Source of the DNA: a phage
Length of the DNA: 64,000 bases
Reading direction: 5' to 3' (one strand)
NCBI GenBank assembly: GCA_025677605.1
Contig: GCA_025677605.1_4110.1
Made by a program: the position numbers and the translations under genes
Shown: in pieces, positions 28,225 through 38,091 of the stretch
Layout: the number at the start of each line of letters is the position of its first letter
How positions within the stretch are numbered: the first letter of the stretch is position 1
The notes under the pieces: model-generated
The model's input: the letters and a program-made list of their open reading frames with translations, nothing else
Database searches by the model: none
Told to the model about the DNA's origin: nothing

Positions 28225-29061
28225 TTAACTTACTCTTTCAATATTTTCGAGAATAGTATTAACTATACTCATCTTACCACCTAACTGTTGGTAAGTTTTC
28301 AACTTATTAACTATGCCTTTACGTAAGATATCAAGAATCTCGTACTGCTTAGGGTTCAGTACTAACTCTGCTTGAAATGCTGCCAGCGGATCAAAAATAC
28401 CAAGTAATGATGCATCAGGTACATCCAGTTCTAATGTAAACGAATGTCGGTATCCAGAGGTTATAGTGGCGATTGTTTTATCACCTGTACGAGTGATATC
28501 CAAATCACACATCACTGGACGCCCATCTTCGGTGTTATATCTGAAAAAAGCAACACTACGCATAATAATCCCGTCTGATGACAAACGTTCTTGGAGTGTG
28601 ATGTTGCTTTCTTCTGTACCTTGTGTTAGACGGAAAGTTGTTTCAAATGATCGTACATTATTTTCGACAGTATATTTTGCAAATCTATCAGTACTACGAA
28701 CTGAAACTATACCACTGGCATTAATTCTACGATTAAAAACTATATCATTAATCGTGGTATCTCGGTAACGAATTGTATCTTCTGACTTGTAATAATGGAC
28801 TGATGGTGTGTTGAATATTTCAGACTTAAGATCTGAATCATATTCGTATGATAGTGAAGTTTCATAAGTCTCATTATTACGAATATTAATATCTAGTGTC
28901 GAAGGACGGATATTGTTTTTTACAGAAACAGTATGTCCTGTAATGTTATAAACATCATAAGATTCTCCATTTGCTGTTTTTACTGCACCAAATGTTTCAG
29001 GATTCTCAGATAGAATCTTGATATGATCAAGTACTGAATACTCTTTGAAGTTTAAGAACAT
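28225..29061 (-). CDS. hypothetical protein (278 aa)
   Basis: Minus-strand ORF. Confidence 0.55.
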   Translation of the reverse strand: MFLNFKEYSVLDHIKILSENPETFGAVKTANGESYDVYNITGHTVSVKNNIRPSTLDINIRNNETYETSLSYEYDSDLKSEIFNTPSVHYYKSEDTIRYRDTTINDIVFNRRINASGIVSVRSTDRFAKYTVENNVRSFETTFRLTQGTEESNITLQERLSSDGIIMRSVAFFRYNTEDGRPVMCDLDITRTGDKTIATITSGYRHSFTLELDVPDASLLGIFDPLAAFQAELVLNPKQYEILDILRKGIVNKLKTYQQLGGKMSIVNTILENIERVS

Positions 29062-29083
29062 TTACATTTCCTCGGACAAAAAA

Positions 29084-29221
29084 TTAGTCGAGATAAAATC
29101 TCGACTGGTGTTTAATTTTTCCATTTTTTGCAGCTTTCTTGCGGTCCACGTGCACTTGAGCCTTATTAAACTCATTACAGTGCTTTGCAACAAAGTTGTT
29201 TACTTTAGATTTCTTAGCCAT
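29084..29221 (-). CDS. small basic protein (45 aa), not in ORF track
   Basis: ATG at 29219-29221 preceded by GGAG; MAKKSKVNNFVAKHCNEFNKAQVHVDRKKAAKNGKIKHQSRFYLD; fills gap between neighbouring genes. Confidence 0.3.
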   Translation of the reverse strand: MAKKSKVNNFVAKHCNEFNKAQVHVDRKKAAKNGKIKHQSRFYLD

Positions 29222-29223
29222 AA

Positions 29224-29697
29224 TTACTCCAGGTCTGGATCTTTCACTGTAAGGCTCTCGATATCACTTGCATATAGAACTACGTTGACTTGCTTCTCAG
29301 ATACTTTAAAGTCATGATAACTATCTTTGATTATGAAGTTGTCAAGTAGAAAACCCTTGGTAACGCACATCATAATTTTATCGTCTTTAATAGTATATGT
29401 ATTTTTCTTCTTATGCACTTCACTCTGTGGTGTGATAGAAGGATCATTACGAACAACACAATCAATATATTCTTCATTCGTATTCATTGGTATACCCATT
29501 ATAAATGAGTTTTCAGTACTGATAGTTAGTATAAAAATATTAGTACGTGGGCAATGGAAATGTTCATACATTGACTTGCTGCACAAGAAAAGGCATTGGA
29601 TAATGTCTCTTACGTTAAACATTATATCATGCACTTTGAAAGCGTCCAACTCTAAAATGTCATCAATCTTTCCGTTTTCAACAGTTTTAATCTCCAT
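29224..29697 (-). CDS. hypothetical protein (157 aa)
   Basis: Minus-strand ORF. Confidence 0.5.
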   Translation of the reverse strand: MEIKTVENGKIDDILELDAFKVHDIMFNVRDIIQCLFLCSKSMYEHFHCPRTNIFILTISTENSFIMGIPMNTNEEYIDCVVRNDPSITPQSEVHKKKNTYTIKDDKIMMCVTKGFLLDNFIIKDSYHDFKVSEKQVNVVLYASDIESLTVKDPDLE

Positions 29698-29737
29698 GAT
29701 CTATCCTTGATCGTCATCGCACATCCATGTGCTGGTG

Positions 29738-30238
29738 TTACGACACAGCGTTTTCGTAATATTCTATTGCTTCCGAGATATTTTGAATTGCCTGTGCCTT
29801 TAATGATTTGTTATAGCGACCAGTAAATGAACCTAAATTCTTAATGAGATCAAGAAATAATGGAAGTACTTCAGATGTATCAGTAAAATCACACTGATAT
29901 AAAGTTCCCATCTGGAACAATTCACCGCCGTCTACGCACAACGTGTTAAAGTCTTTTTGTACTCCCTTTTCTTCATTGAAAATGAAATACGAAGTCCCCA
30001 TGTGGTGAAGATAAACACCATGTTCATCCTGAACGTGGCAGGGGGTAATACACATCGCCGTATTGTCAATATTATTTACTATCGTCAAACGGAGGCTATG
30101 TAATCCGAAAACTACAGTACTATTGAGTGTACTGCATTGTAAATGGTCATTGGTGATAGTAACTTTACTTGTCCTTTTGTCATCGAATGAACGCATAATC
30201 AAAGAAATGCAAAGTTTCATATCAGTTGTTAGTTTCAT
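29738..30238 (-). CDS. FQ-family paralog, hypothetical
   Basis: Motif GGELFQMGTLY. Confidence 0.55.
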   Translation of the reverse strand: MKLTTDMKLCISLIMRSFDDKRTSKVTITNDHLQCSTLNSTVVFGLHSLRLTIVNNIDNTAMCITPCHVQDEHGVYLHHMGTSYFIFNEEKGVQKDFNTLCVDGGELFQMGTLYQCDFTDTSEVLPLFLDLIKNLGSFTGRYNKSLKAQAIQNISEAIEYYENAVS

Positions 30239-30680
30239 CTAAAATACCCTTAATATGTTTGATTAAATTGACTAGTACTGATTTATCAAATGGATTATTT
30301 AGACCAATACACTCGTACTGGAATAAGTCACCATCAAGAATAACATCTAAATCAATATCTAACTTCTTATTGTTGGTATCAAACATAGTAACATTATCAG
30401 AAGAAACTGTCAACACTTTTTGTGAATTTTTAATCTTATTACTGATATAAACATCAATAAGTAATTTACTGTTCACTGTAACCGTTTCAAAGATGATTTG
30501 ACTAGTACCGTAAATGTATTTTACTGAATTATGTATTCGTGAATATTTTAATTTGTATAAATTAATACCATTGTACTTACATTTGGTATCAATTTTTAAT
30601 TTGCATGATAAGATAGCATTAACTAATTCATTTATATTAGTTAATCTTGTTTCGGCTATCGATAAAGTTGGTAAATTCAT
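30222..30680 (-). CDS. FQ-family paralog, hypothetical
   Basis: Motif DGDLFQYECIG. Confidence 0.55.
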   Translation of the reverse strand: MNLPTLSIAETRLTNINELVNAILSCKLKIDTKCKYNGINLYKLKYSRIHNSVKYIYGTSQIIFETVTVNSKLLIDVYISNKIKNSQKVLTVSSDNVTMFDTNNKKLDIDLDVILDGDLFQYECIGLNNPFDKSVLVNLIKHIKGILDETNN

Positions 30681-31101
30681 TATGTAATACCTTTAGGCAT
30701 TGTAATGTTTCTGACATGATATTTGAATCGAACTCAATACTATCAAATTTGATAAATGTACTTTGTGTGAAGAAGGTAGATTCCACATCGGTTGAATAAA
30801 ATGATTCATCAAAGAGATTAGTACTGAACATACCAGTTTTCTTTTTAAAGAACATCATGAATTTTGAATTATAACGAATGACGGCTTCATCTTTATTGAT
30901 GATGATACGAGAAATCTGTGTTCTCGTTTGTGTGAGAATATTGATTTGGAAAACATTTTTCTTAACTTCAACAATATCAACCATATAACCATCCCCACTA
31001 TAAAAGTTACTTCTAACTTGGATTGGCTTTGATGTGATATTGATAATTGCGTCTTGAATAAAAAAGTTTACCGTATCAATGTTTCCTAAAATGTCTAACA
31101 T
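30637..31101 (-). CDS. FQ-family paralog (weak), hypothetical
   Basis: Degenerate motif ESTFFTQSTFI. Confidence 0.45.
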   Translation of the reverse strand: MLDILGNIDTVNFFIQDAIINITSKPIQVRSNFYSGDGYMVDIVEVKKNVFQINILTQTRTQISRIIINKDEAVIRYNSKFMMFFKKKTGMFSTNLFDESFYSTDVESTFFTQSTFIKFDSIEFDSNIMSETLQCLKVLHNEFTNFIDSRNKIN

Positions 31102-31619
31102 AAATTCTCCTTAATAGCTGTCATATTTACGAGAAATTCTTCAAGTACTTCCTCTGTAATACGCTCTGTATACCAGAATATCACAATATCTTTTGAAAGA
31201 CGAACATTCATAAAAATATCTACTAACTCTCTGTAGTACTCTAGAGTTTCTATATCTTTTAGAATTAGTGAGTACTGAAACATAGATTCTTCAGTTAACT
31301 TAAATTCTGGATATAGTAATTCGTTAAATTCAATTGATTCAATCTGTACTTTTATTCCTTTGAAGTTATTGGTTATACAACCTGAATAATTATTTCGGTA
31401 CAACGCGGCATAATCCATGAATTTTGCTTTGTGATTAAAATCAAGAACAGTTTCACCTTTATATGACAATCGGTGGAACGCCGAGAACCTTGTAATTTCC
31501 CACGGTTGCTTAATATCTAGTTCTGTAATATCAATTTGATTGTGCATAAGATCTGTGAAAATCTCACCAATCTTCAATAGTAACTTAGTACGTACCAGTA
31601 CTGTCATTGAATCAGTCAT
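31095..31619 (-). CDS. FQ-family paralog, hypothetical
   Basis: Motif EESMFQYSLIL. Confidence 0.55.
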   Translation of the reverse strand: MTDSMTVLVRTKLLLKIGEIFTDLMHNQIDITELDIKQPWEITRFSAFHRLSYKGETVLDFNHKAKFMDYAALYRNNYSGCITNNFKGIKVQIESIEFNELLYPEFKLTEESMFQYSLILKDIETLEYYRELVDIFMNVRLSKDIVIFWYTERITEEVLEEFLVNMTAIKENLC

Positions 31620-32038
31620 TATACACCTTCATATTCATCAAGAAAATCTTCGATAATCATTTCAGCTTCATCCATATGCATAGCATCAACTTCAACAATA
31701 CGAACTTTAGATGTATCCCAAATCATATAACTAGGAACATTGTCCGGCTCGTATTCATTTTTGTACTGAACTGCATCGTAACCTTCAGTATCACAATACT
31801 CAATAAGTGATCGCCATTCGTCATCACTACCCATATCCTCACACAGAAGCACGTTATCAACGTCAACTTCTAAGGTATGCAAGTACACCGTGTCAGCATC
31901 AACAACGTTCAGTGGGCTTCTCAGCTTGCGTAACGCAGCCTCAAGAGCACTATGCTTCCCTCCCATATGTAAACCACCATAAGGAATGTAGAAGTTGTCA
32001 ATTTTAACAGTACTTGCATGGTATAGAATCATCATCAA
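31619..32038 (-). CDS. hypothetical protein (139 aa)
   Basis: Minus-strand ORF inside array; family motif not evident. Confidence 0.5.
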   Translation of the reverse strand: MMMILYHASTVKIDNFYIPYGGLHMGGKHSALEAALRKLRSPLNVVDADTVYLHTLEVDVDNVLLCEDMGSDDEWRSLIEYCDTEGYDAVQYKNEYEPDNVPSYMIWDTSKVRIVEVDAMHMDEAEMIIEDFLDEYEGV

Positions 32039-32634
32039 TCCTCAGTGAGAATACAGTTCAGGTACGAACACAGTTCATCGTAGAAGAGTTTGTCCAGTAC
32101 TGTAAGGTAACAGATACCGTTCTCTTTCATTGCAGCCTGTATCTTATCATAACCATTCACTGTGTCAAGGATTTCTTGATAAGATAATGCATCATCATTA
32201 ACAGTACTACTCTGGAATGCCATTTCTTCTATGTTATCGATGGGTTCCTCATCGGAATTTAAGAAGCCTCCATTTTGATATATAATGTAATCTTCATTCC
32301 ATGATTTAGTGAAACGGAGCAGGATAGGTTCATTAGCGAACATTTCGATATCACCACTTTCAATGTCGTATGAACAATATAGATTACAGTCTTCATCTAT
32401 GAATTCTGCCATAAAGATTGCAGTTCGAGAACCATCATATACATAAACTCCAGTTTTGTTCATCTCAACATCAACTGCCATTCCATTTTTGAATTGCATT
32501 CGAATCGTGATTTTAAGACTTTGGAGTATGTTATTTTCTGTATCTTTAACACTATACAATCCACGATATCGTAACCACAAATCTTTGATAGTACTTAAAG
32601 AATTGATTAAGTCTTCATTGGGATCTTTTTTCAT
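32035..32634 (-). CDS. FQ-family paralog, hypothetical
   Basis: Motif IEEMAFQSSTV. Confidence 0.55.
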   Translation of the reverse strand: MKKDPNEDLINSLSTIKDLWLRYRGLYSVKDTENNILQSLKITIRMQFKNGMAVDVEMNKTGVYVYDGSRTAIFMAEFIDEDCNLYCSYDIESGDIEMFANEPILLRFTKSWNEDYIIYQNGGFLNSDEEPIDNIEEMAFQSSTVNDDALSYQEILDTVNGYDKIQAAMKENGICYLTVLDKLFYDELCSYLNCILTED

Positions 32635-33248
32635 TCAGGTATTACCATATTGTTAATTAGTGTTTCTTTCTTGATGCAATCAGGCTTGATATAAATGAAC
32701 ATCTTTCGTAGACTCTTCACTTTGTACCAATCATTCAGTACTGAAACCATAAGCCATAATTCTTCTGGTGTAGTGGTAACCTCTGTGATTACACCCATCT
32801 GAAACAATGCACCCTTACAATCTTCAAGTGATTTCAGATCAGTCTTATACCCAGATTCAATATCCATTAGTGTTTTAGTTTTGGCATCATATGTGATGAA
32901 CGATTCTTTTAGCGTTTTTCTTCCATCATTTAAGGTTAAAAACACTGGATTACCTGGACTAAACATGCACTCTTCAAATTCAGGAAATAAATCATGTGCT
33001 TCTTCATCATCGTCTTGGGTTAATTCCAGTACTAATTCATCTGTATAGATATTACAAATCCCAACGCTATATCTATTATACAGCGTTGTATATTGTGTGG
33101 GTTTTCCCTTTTTTGATAGCTTGAGTTCACTTTTCGGACCGTACTTGTCAAATAGTGTTTGTTTAGCTCTAATTAAATCTGGTGCAATGTTTAGTAAATC
33201 ACGTAGTGCTTTCTCGTACTTAACATACTCTGTTCTAATGTTAGTCAT
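32631..33248 (-). CDS. FQ-family paralog, hypothetical
   Basis: Motif KGALFQMGVIT. Confidence 0.5.
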   Translation of the reverse strand: MTNIRTEYVKYEKALRDLLNIAPDLIRAKQTLFDKYGPKSELKLSKKGKPTQYTTLYNRYSVGICNIYTDELVLELTQDDDEEAHDLFPEFEECMFSPGNPVFLTLNDGRKTLKESFITYDAKTKTLMDIESGYKTDLKSLEDCKGALFQMGVITEVTTTPEELWLMVSVLNDWYKVKSLRKMFIYIKPDCIKKETLINNMVIPE

Positions 33249-33780
33249 TGTAACCCTCTAAAAAATAATCTAATGTATCAAGTACATCACTATCAAAAAA
33301 ACAATTATTAACTACAACGATACCAGTATTATGTTCTAAATCATAACATTTATCCAGTACATTGATGCATTCATTGTACTCAATGATATCATGAAGAGTA
33401 CTGTGCTGAAAGTGTTCTTCTTCAGTGTACTCACAGTAATTAATATCAACACTGAACGATTGGTCGTTTCTTTTGCACGGATATAATTTAGTAGACTTTC
33501 GTCCAGACCATGTAATTGAATAACAACCAATCGAATTCTGTGGGATTTGTGTACCAGCATGAAGCATAATGTACAGAGCTTGCGAACTGTATGATTCAAC
33601 GTACAAACGGTTCTTATCTGCATTCATAACACAACCATCAATTGACATGCTTAGTGAATGTGACATTCTACTGGCTTTCCTGATGCCACGGCAGAAATTA
33701 ACATAACGCTGACGTAAGCTGTTAACTTTCTCAGGCCATAGCTCAAATTCTTTAGTATTTGATAATGTTGCAATGTGCAT
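33241..33780 (-). CDS. FQ-family paralog, hypothetical
   Basis: Motif EEEHFQHSTLH. Confidence 0.55.
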   Translation of the reverse strand: MHIATLSNTKEFELWPEKVNSLRQRYVNFCRGIRKASRMSHSLSMSIDGCVMNADKNRLYVESYSSQALYIMLHAGTQIPQNSIGCYSITWSGRKSTKLYPCKRNDQSFSVDINYCEYTEEEHFQHSTLHDIIEYNECINVLDKCYDLEHNTGIVVVNNCFFDSDVLDTLDYFLEGYND

Positions 33781-33782
33781 TA

Positions 33783-34385
33783 TTATTCCTTAATAACTGG
33801 TATAGCAGACCAAATTCGTTTCATTAGTTCATCTTCTAATACCACATCAGTACTGATCTTTTTGTAGTTCATTGATAATAGAAAATTACATTTCAGTTCT
33901 GATTTTAATTTTTCATAAAGATCAATGTTCATATACATTTCTTCATACGAAGGTAAAGAATGAATTAATGAATTTTGAAAATACCATTCTTCGCTGAAAT
34001 CTTTCACTTCAACACTTTTGATATTCTTAAATGAATCCTTATCAAAATAATATGAAACATCAGAACCATTATAATGTGAAAATGTTTTGAATAATTTTAT
34101 TTCATTTGTTCTACGAAGAATTCTTTCATAGGACAGAATTTTACTATCTTCTAATTCACCATGAAGTATCAGTGAAATATCAAAATCATTTGCAAGTCCA
34201 GCACCAAGGCGTTTGAATGCTAGTGTAATTCGTTGTTCACATGCCGAGATTTCAATCCTGTAAAAATCAGTTGCATACGTTAACATAGAGTATGGGAGAT
34301 GCAACTTTTCATTATTAGAAATACTTTTAGCTAACGTAATGACAGGGTTAAGCATTTTATTAAGAATAGGCATGTCAATGATCAT
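33783..34385 (-). CDS. FQ-family paralog, hypothetical
   Basis: Motif SEEWYFQNSLIH. Confidence 0.55.
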   Translation of the reverse strand: MIIDMPILNKMLNPVITLAKSISNNEKLHLPYSMLTYATDFYRIEISACEQRITLAFKRLGAGLANDFDISLILHGELEDSKILSYERILRRTNEIKLFKTFSHYNGSDVSYYFDKDSFKNIKSVEVKDFSEEWYFQNSLIHSLPSYEEMYMNIDLYEKLKSELKCNFLLSMNYKKISTDVVLEDELMKRIWSAIPVIKE

Positions 34386-34386
34386 A

Positions 34387-34890
34387 TCATAATTCTCTTA
34401 GTTTTTTCAATACATAGTGTAGTACTTCATCTTCATTTACATACGATGTGTACATGAGAAATTTGCAACAAGTACTGTTAAGATAGCACATGTAGGTGAA
34501 CATTGCACTATAATTATTCACAGTACTGTTCTGAAATTCAACTTCATCAATTTCACCCAATGATACAGGTCGCATGTTGCAATCTACACCATCAATTTTT
34601 ACAACAGTAGTTCCTGGATGAAAGACTGCGGATTGTGAACCTATGGTGCTTGTATCGAAACTTGGTGCATCATAGATAGGACTATTGCTATCAAAGAGCA
34701 TGAAAATGTCATGGTCTAAACCTCTTTTCTGCTCAAATACAACTCGGATCATACCATCTTTTTGTATTTTAAGAATAATATCTGGAGCCAGTTCGAATCG
34801 ACCATATTGTTCATTGATATATTTTTCTTCAAGAATTTTATGCAATTCCACAAAGTCTTTAGTACTAAAGTGTTCCATCATATCCCTCAA
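34387..34890 (-). CDS. FQ-family paralog, hypothetical
   Basis: Motif DEVEFQNSTVN. Confidence 0.55.
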   Translation of the reverse strand: MRDMMEHFSTKDFVELHKILEEKYINEQYGRFELAPDIILKIQKDGMIRVVFEQKRGLDHDIFMLFDSNSPIYDAPSFDTSTIGSQSAVFHPGTTVVKIDGVDCNMRPVSLGEIDEVEFQNSTVNNYSAMFTYMCYLNSTCCKFLMYTSYVNEDEVLHYVLKKLREL

Positions 34891-35323
34891 CTAATTTTGT
34901 AATTTCTGCTCTTCGTACATCAATGTCATGAGCAAATGATATGGATGTGAAACCACGTTCCGCTGCAATGGCTCTCAACTGTAGGAGAAGTAATAACGGA
35001 TATATCACTTCATCAGAATACAAAGTACTTAATTGAAATATGGTTGCTTCATCAATCTCAGTACTTAAATCTATACTTTTAATATCAATGATTAACTGTG
35101 TATTGAAATACCATACATTGTCATTGACATAATCTATAGTAGTATTATCCATTACACTATAATCAATGTATCTTTCATTTGACCATAATGTCATCATATC
35201 ATCGCCGTCCGATGGATAGCTTACGTCAAACCATGAACCTGATTTTCGAGCTTTACCATTATCCAGTTCATTGAGGCAGTACTGGATTAACTTTTTCAGT
35301 AATTCGTAATCGTCTTTATTCAT
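34865..35323 (-). CDS. FQ-family paralog, hypothetical
   Basis: Motif DEATIFQLSTLY. Confidence 0.55.
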   Translation of the reverse strand: MNKDDYELLKKLIQYCLNELDNGKARKSGSWFDVSYPSDGDDMMTLWSNERYIDYSVMDNTTIDYVNDNVWYFNTQLIIDIKSIDLSTEIDEATIFQLSTLYSDEVIYPLLLLLQLRAIAAERGFTSISFAHDIDVRRAEITKLVEGYDGTL

Positions 35324-35801
35324 TGCATTTCCAGAATATAGGATGTTTGTTAAGTGTTTGAAATATCATATCAAATGTAAATTTGTAATAAGAATAAACA
35401 CCGAAATTAATTGATATAGAATTTAAATTAGTTTCATGCACCATAGCACTATGTATCAGAACTGCATTTCTATGAAACTCATTATCAAGGCTCAATTCAG
35501 CCATAAAATCATCTAAAGTTCTGTCGCCGTTCTTTTTCTCGTATATGATTTCACCACTTGGTTCAATGAATACTGAACTTTCCCTTGATAGGATCATGAT
35601 TCGTTTCTCAATGACATTTTGAGATTCTTGACAGTTGAGTTCACAAAATGTCCATGAGCCACAGAACACAGCGATAATGTCGTTGTTTTTCACGAAGTTA
35701 AAGGGAATGCCATCAATCATTATCTGTACTTCGTGCACAAATTTATGAGAATACTTCTCAAGAATTTTACAAAATTTAATAACGTCTGCTGGATTTAACA
35801 T
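35316..35801 (-). CDS. hypothetical protein, possibly diverged FQ-family member
   Basis: Minus-strand ORF in array; motif degenerate. Confidence 0.45.
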   Translation of the reverse strand: MLNPADVIKFCKILEKYSHKFVHEVQIMIDGIPFNFVKNNDIIAVFCGSWTFCELNCQESQNVIEKRIMILSRESSVFIEPSGEIIYEKKNGDRTLDDFMAELSLDNEFHRNAVLIHSAMVHETNLNSISINFGVYSYYKFTFDMIFQTLNKHPIFWKCNE

Positions 35802-36355
35802 TGGATTGCCTTAATATGTTCAATCATTGCCTTGGAGTTAGTACTCATGTACTCAAATATATCATCATTCATGAGTTCTGTCAAGTTCAATTCAACCGTA
35901 CATCCATCTGGTAAGTTCTTCTGACAGAACGGAGCCAGTACTGCACCGTACAGTACATACGGATCATCAATAATTAAACTCTTCTGGAAGCAATCACAAT
36001 CCATATCTTCTTCATTATCGAAGTAAGTACTGATATCTATTGCAGTACTATCTTTACACATCAACTCTACATCACCTTTTTTAATTACTACACGCTTTGT
36101 CTTGGTATTGCGTAATCGGGTGTATTCTTTTATGTGTCGTTGTTGTGTATTGATTTCAATGATATCTTTGTGGTTGTACGTTATTGTGAAGTGCATATCA
36201 TTATTCAAATCACCACTCAGAAAAAAATTAAGATCTCTTAGTACAGTGTGATTGACTTTAATGTATTCACCTTCACGAATTAAACTCAGTGCAGCTACAC
36301 AATCTTCAATAAACTTCTCAAGGAACTTCCCTCTATAGTAAAGACTATATTTCAT
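35795..36355 (-). CDS. FQ-family paralog, hypothetical
   Basis: Motif DCDCFQKSLII. Confidence 0.55.
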   Translation of the reverse strand: MKYSLYYRGKFLEKFIEDCVAALSLIREGEYIKVNHTVLRDLNFFLSGDLNNDMHFTITYNHKDIIEINTQQRHIKEYTRLRNTKTKRVVIKKGDVELMCKDSTAIDISTYFDNEEDMDCDCFQKSLIIDDPYVLYGAVLAPFCQKNLPDGCTVELNLTELMNDDIFEYMSTNSKAMIEHIKAIQC

Positions 36356-36930
36356 GAGAACTCCCCAGTATTGTTGATAAGACTGTCCAGACCTTCATGA
36401 ATTCTTTTAAATTCACTACGTTTAAAACGATGAACAATTTGTTGTAATGGACAGTATTTGTCTTTCTTATCCAGTTCATGATTGACGATTGTACTGAAAA
36501 GTAATAAATCCAATTCGTTAGTACTGTACATAGTACTTAACTGGAATAGTTCTTCTTCTATAGTACTACTGTTAAGATTAATCTTTGGAATTTTTTTACC
36601 TGAAATAACAATCCCTGCAAATTCACTTGTCCCTGGAACTTCAGCATTTCCTCCAATAATATAATCGTAGTTAATGTACCCATCGTTATTGGTTAAATCT
36701 TCTTTATTGTACTTAATTATCAGAAAGACACGTAGATCATTCATCGAAACTACTGCATGATCATACATACCTTCCTGGTCTTTAGTAATCGCCAAACGCA
36801 TATATGGGAGATTAAATGTCTTTTTAGTTTTACATAAATCACTATTAAGAATAGCATTCACTTTCAAAACCATCTTAGTGTAATATTGATACTCTTCGGA
36901 CATGTAATTATAAAGATTTGAGAAAGGCAT
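36352..36930 (-). CDS. FQ-family paralog, hypothetical
   Basis: Motif EEELFQLSTMY. Confidence 0.55.
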   Translation of the reverse strand: MPFSNLYNYMSEEYQYYTKMVLKVNAILNSDLCKTKKTFNLPYMRLAITKDQEGMYDHAVVSMNDLRVFLIIKYNKEDLTNNDGYINYDYIIGGNAEVPGTSEFAGIVISGKKIPKINLNSSTIEEELFQLSTMYSTNELDLLLFSTIVNHELDKKDKYCPLQQIVHRFKRSEFKRIHEGLDSLINNTGEFS

Positions 36931-37480
36931 TTAATTCCTCCAATAATTCTTCTTGTGTTTCAGTACTTTCATTGTATAAATTATTGAAAGCGGAACACTC
37001 CCCACTACCAAGTTGCATTGATAGTTGATATACAAAATCAGCTTTAGCTATCATATCATAACCAGGAAGCAACGACAACTGGAAAAGATATGCTTCTCGC
37101 TCTTCTGGATTTTGTAGCTCAGGTGCAATATGAAGATATTCTTCATCATCATAATAATCATCGTACAAATTTCTGACGATTAATTCGTTAGTTTCTTTGA
37201 GTTTATTCACAGTAAGACTACAATCAGAAACTGAACCCAAAAATTTACTCTCTCTGCCTGATGCCACATAAGAAGCATCAACTGACCATATATTTTTGGT
37301 TTTATGTTGAATGCAGTGTTGTATTTGGATATTAGCATAACGATACAAAGTACTGCAATCAAAAACTAATCGGTACATTGGATTGTTGAAGTAATGAAAA
37401 ATATTCTCTGTTCTTTTTTGTTCATCTAACTTATGAGTAAGTTCTTCTAGTACTTTAAAAATATCAATTAGTGTTTTCAT
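36908..37480 (-). CDS. FQ-family paralog, hypothetical
   Basis: Motif EREAYLFQLSLL. Confidence 0.55.
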   Translation of the reverse strand: MKTLIDIFKVLEELTHKLDEQKRTENIFHYFNNPMYRLVFDCSTLYRYANIQIQHCIQHKTKNIWSVDASYVASGRESKFLGSVSDCSLTVNKLKETNELIVRNLYDDYYDDEEYLHIAPELQNPEEREAYLFQLSLLPGYDMIAKADFVYQLSMQLGSGECSAFNNLYNESTETQEELLEELNAFLKSL

Positions 37481-38018
37481 GTTCTTTTCTCGTTTGTGCG
37501 TAGTTTTTCAAGTCCTTGAGTAATACTACTAATTGATCATCAGTGAGTAATGATGCTGTTGCACTATATGACATATAATAATTATTGAGATTGAAATCAA
37601 ATTTATAGTTACGTGCTAAAGCTTCAATCGTAAGTGCATCAGTGATTAATTTATCGTGAGTTACAGAACTCTGGAAATTTTGTTCTTCTAAATTCTCAGT
37701 ACTGAACAACGCAATAGGATCATATGATGGTTCTTTGTAATCCACTGCCTCTTTCATTCGAGGATTACGTGAAATAAAAGCCCAAGAACTGTCATATGAA
37801 AAATCAACAACACAGTCTTCCTCATCACCTTCATGTGGGTAAACGCACAGAATAGTTTTATTTTCTTCTGTGAACATCTGCTGCGTTGCAATACCCTCTC
37901 CTGTGTATTCAATTTCATAATCGAAACCGATTCTTAATTTACGTCCCTGTGAATTACACGTTTCAAGAAGTTTTCCCAGTTCGTTGTAAATTTGTAAGAT
38001 TAATAGGTAATTGTCCAT
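37464..38018 (-). CDS. FQ-family paralog, hypothetical
   Basis: Motif EEQNFQSSVTH; track ORF 37464..38075 trimmed to Met at 38018 (GAGGA RBS) because the 5' extension runs through the MCP terminator hairpin. Confidence 0.55.
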   Translation of the reverse strand: MDNYLLILQIYNELGKLLETCNSQGRKLRIGFDYEIEYTGEGIATQQMFTEENKTILCVYPHEGDEEDCVVDFSYDSSWAFISRNPRMKEAVDYKEPSYDPIALFSTENLEEQNFQSSVTHDKLITDALTIEALARNYKFDFNLNNYYMSYSATASLLTDDQLVVLLKDLKNYAQTRKEHENTN

Positions 38019-38052
38019 ATGATATCCTCGGTTAAATAATATTAAAATAATA

Positions 38053-38087
38053 GCAAAGAAAAAAGCCAGAGTCAATACCCTGGCTTT
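38053..38087 (-). terminator. rho-independent terminator downstream of MCP gene
   Basis: Hairpin AAAGCCAG...CTGGCTTT with U-run on minus strand, directly after MCP stop codon. Confidence 0.6.
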
Positions 38088-38091
38088 AAAA

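Noticed and set aside
38019-38075. N-terminal extension of the 37464..38075 ORF (MTLAFFFAIILILFNRGYH)
   Set aside because: The extension is the translation of the MCP terminator hairpin; an internal ATG at 38018 with a GAGGA RBS gives a family-typical N-terminus.
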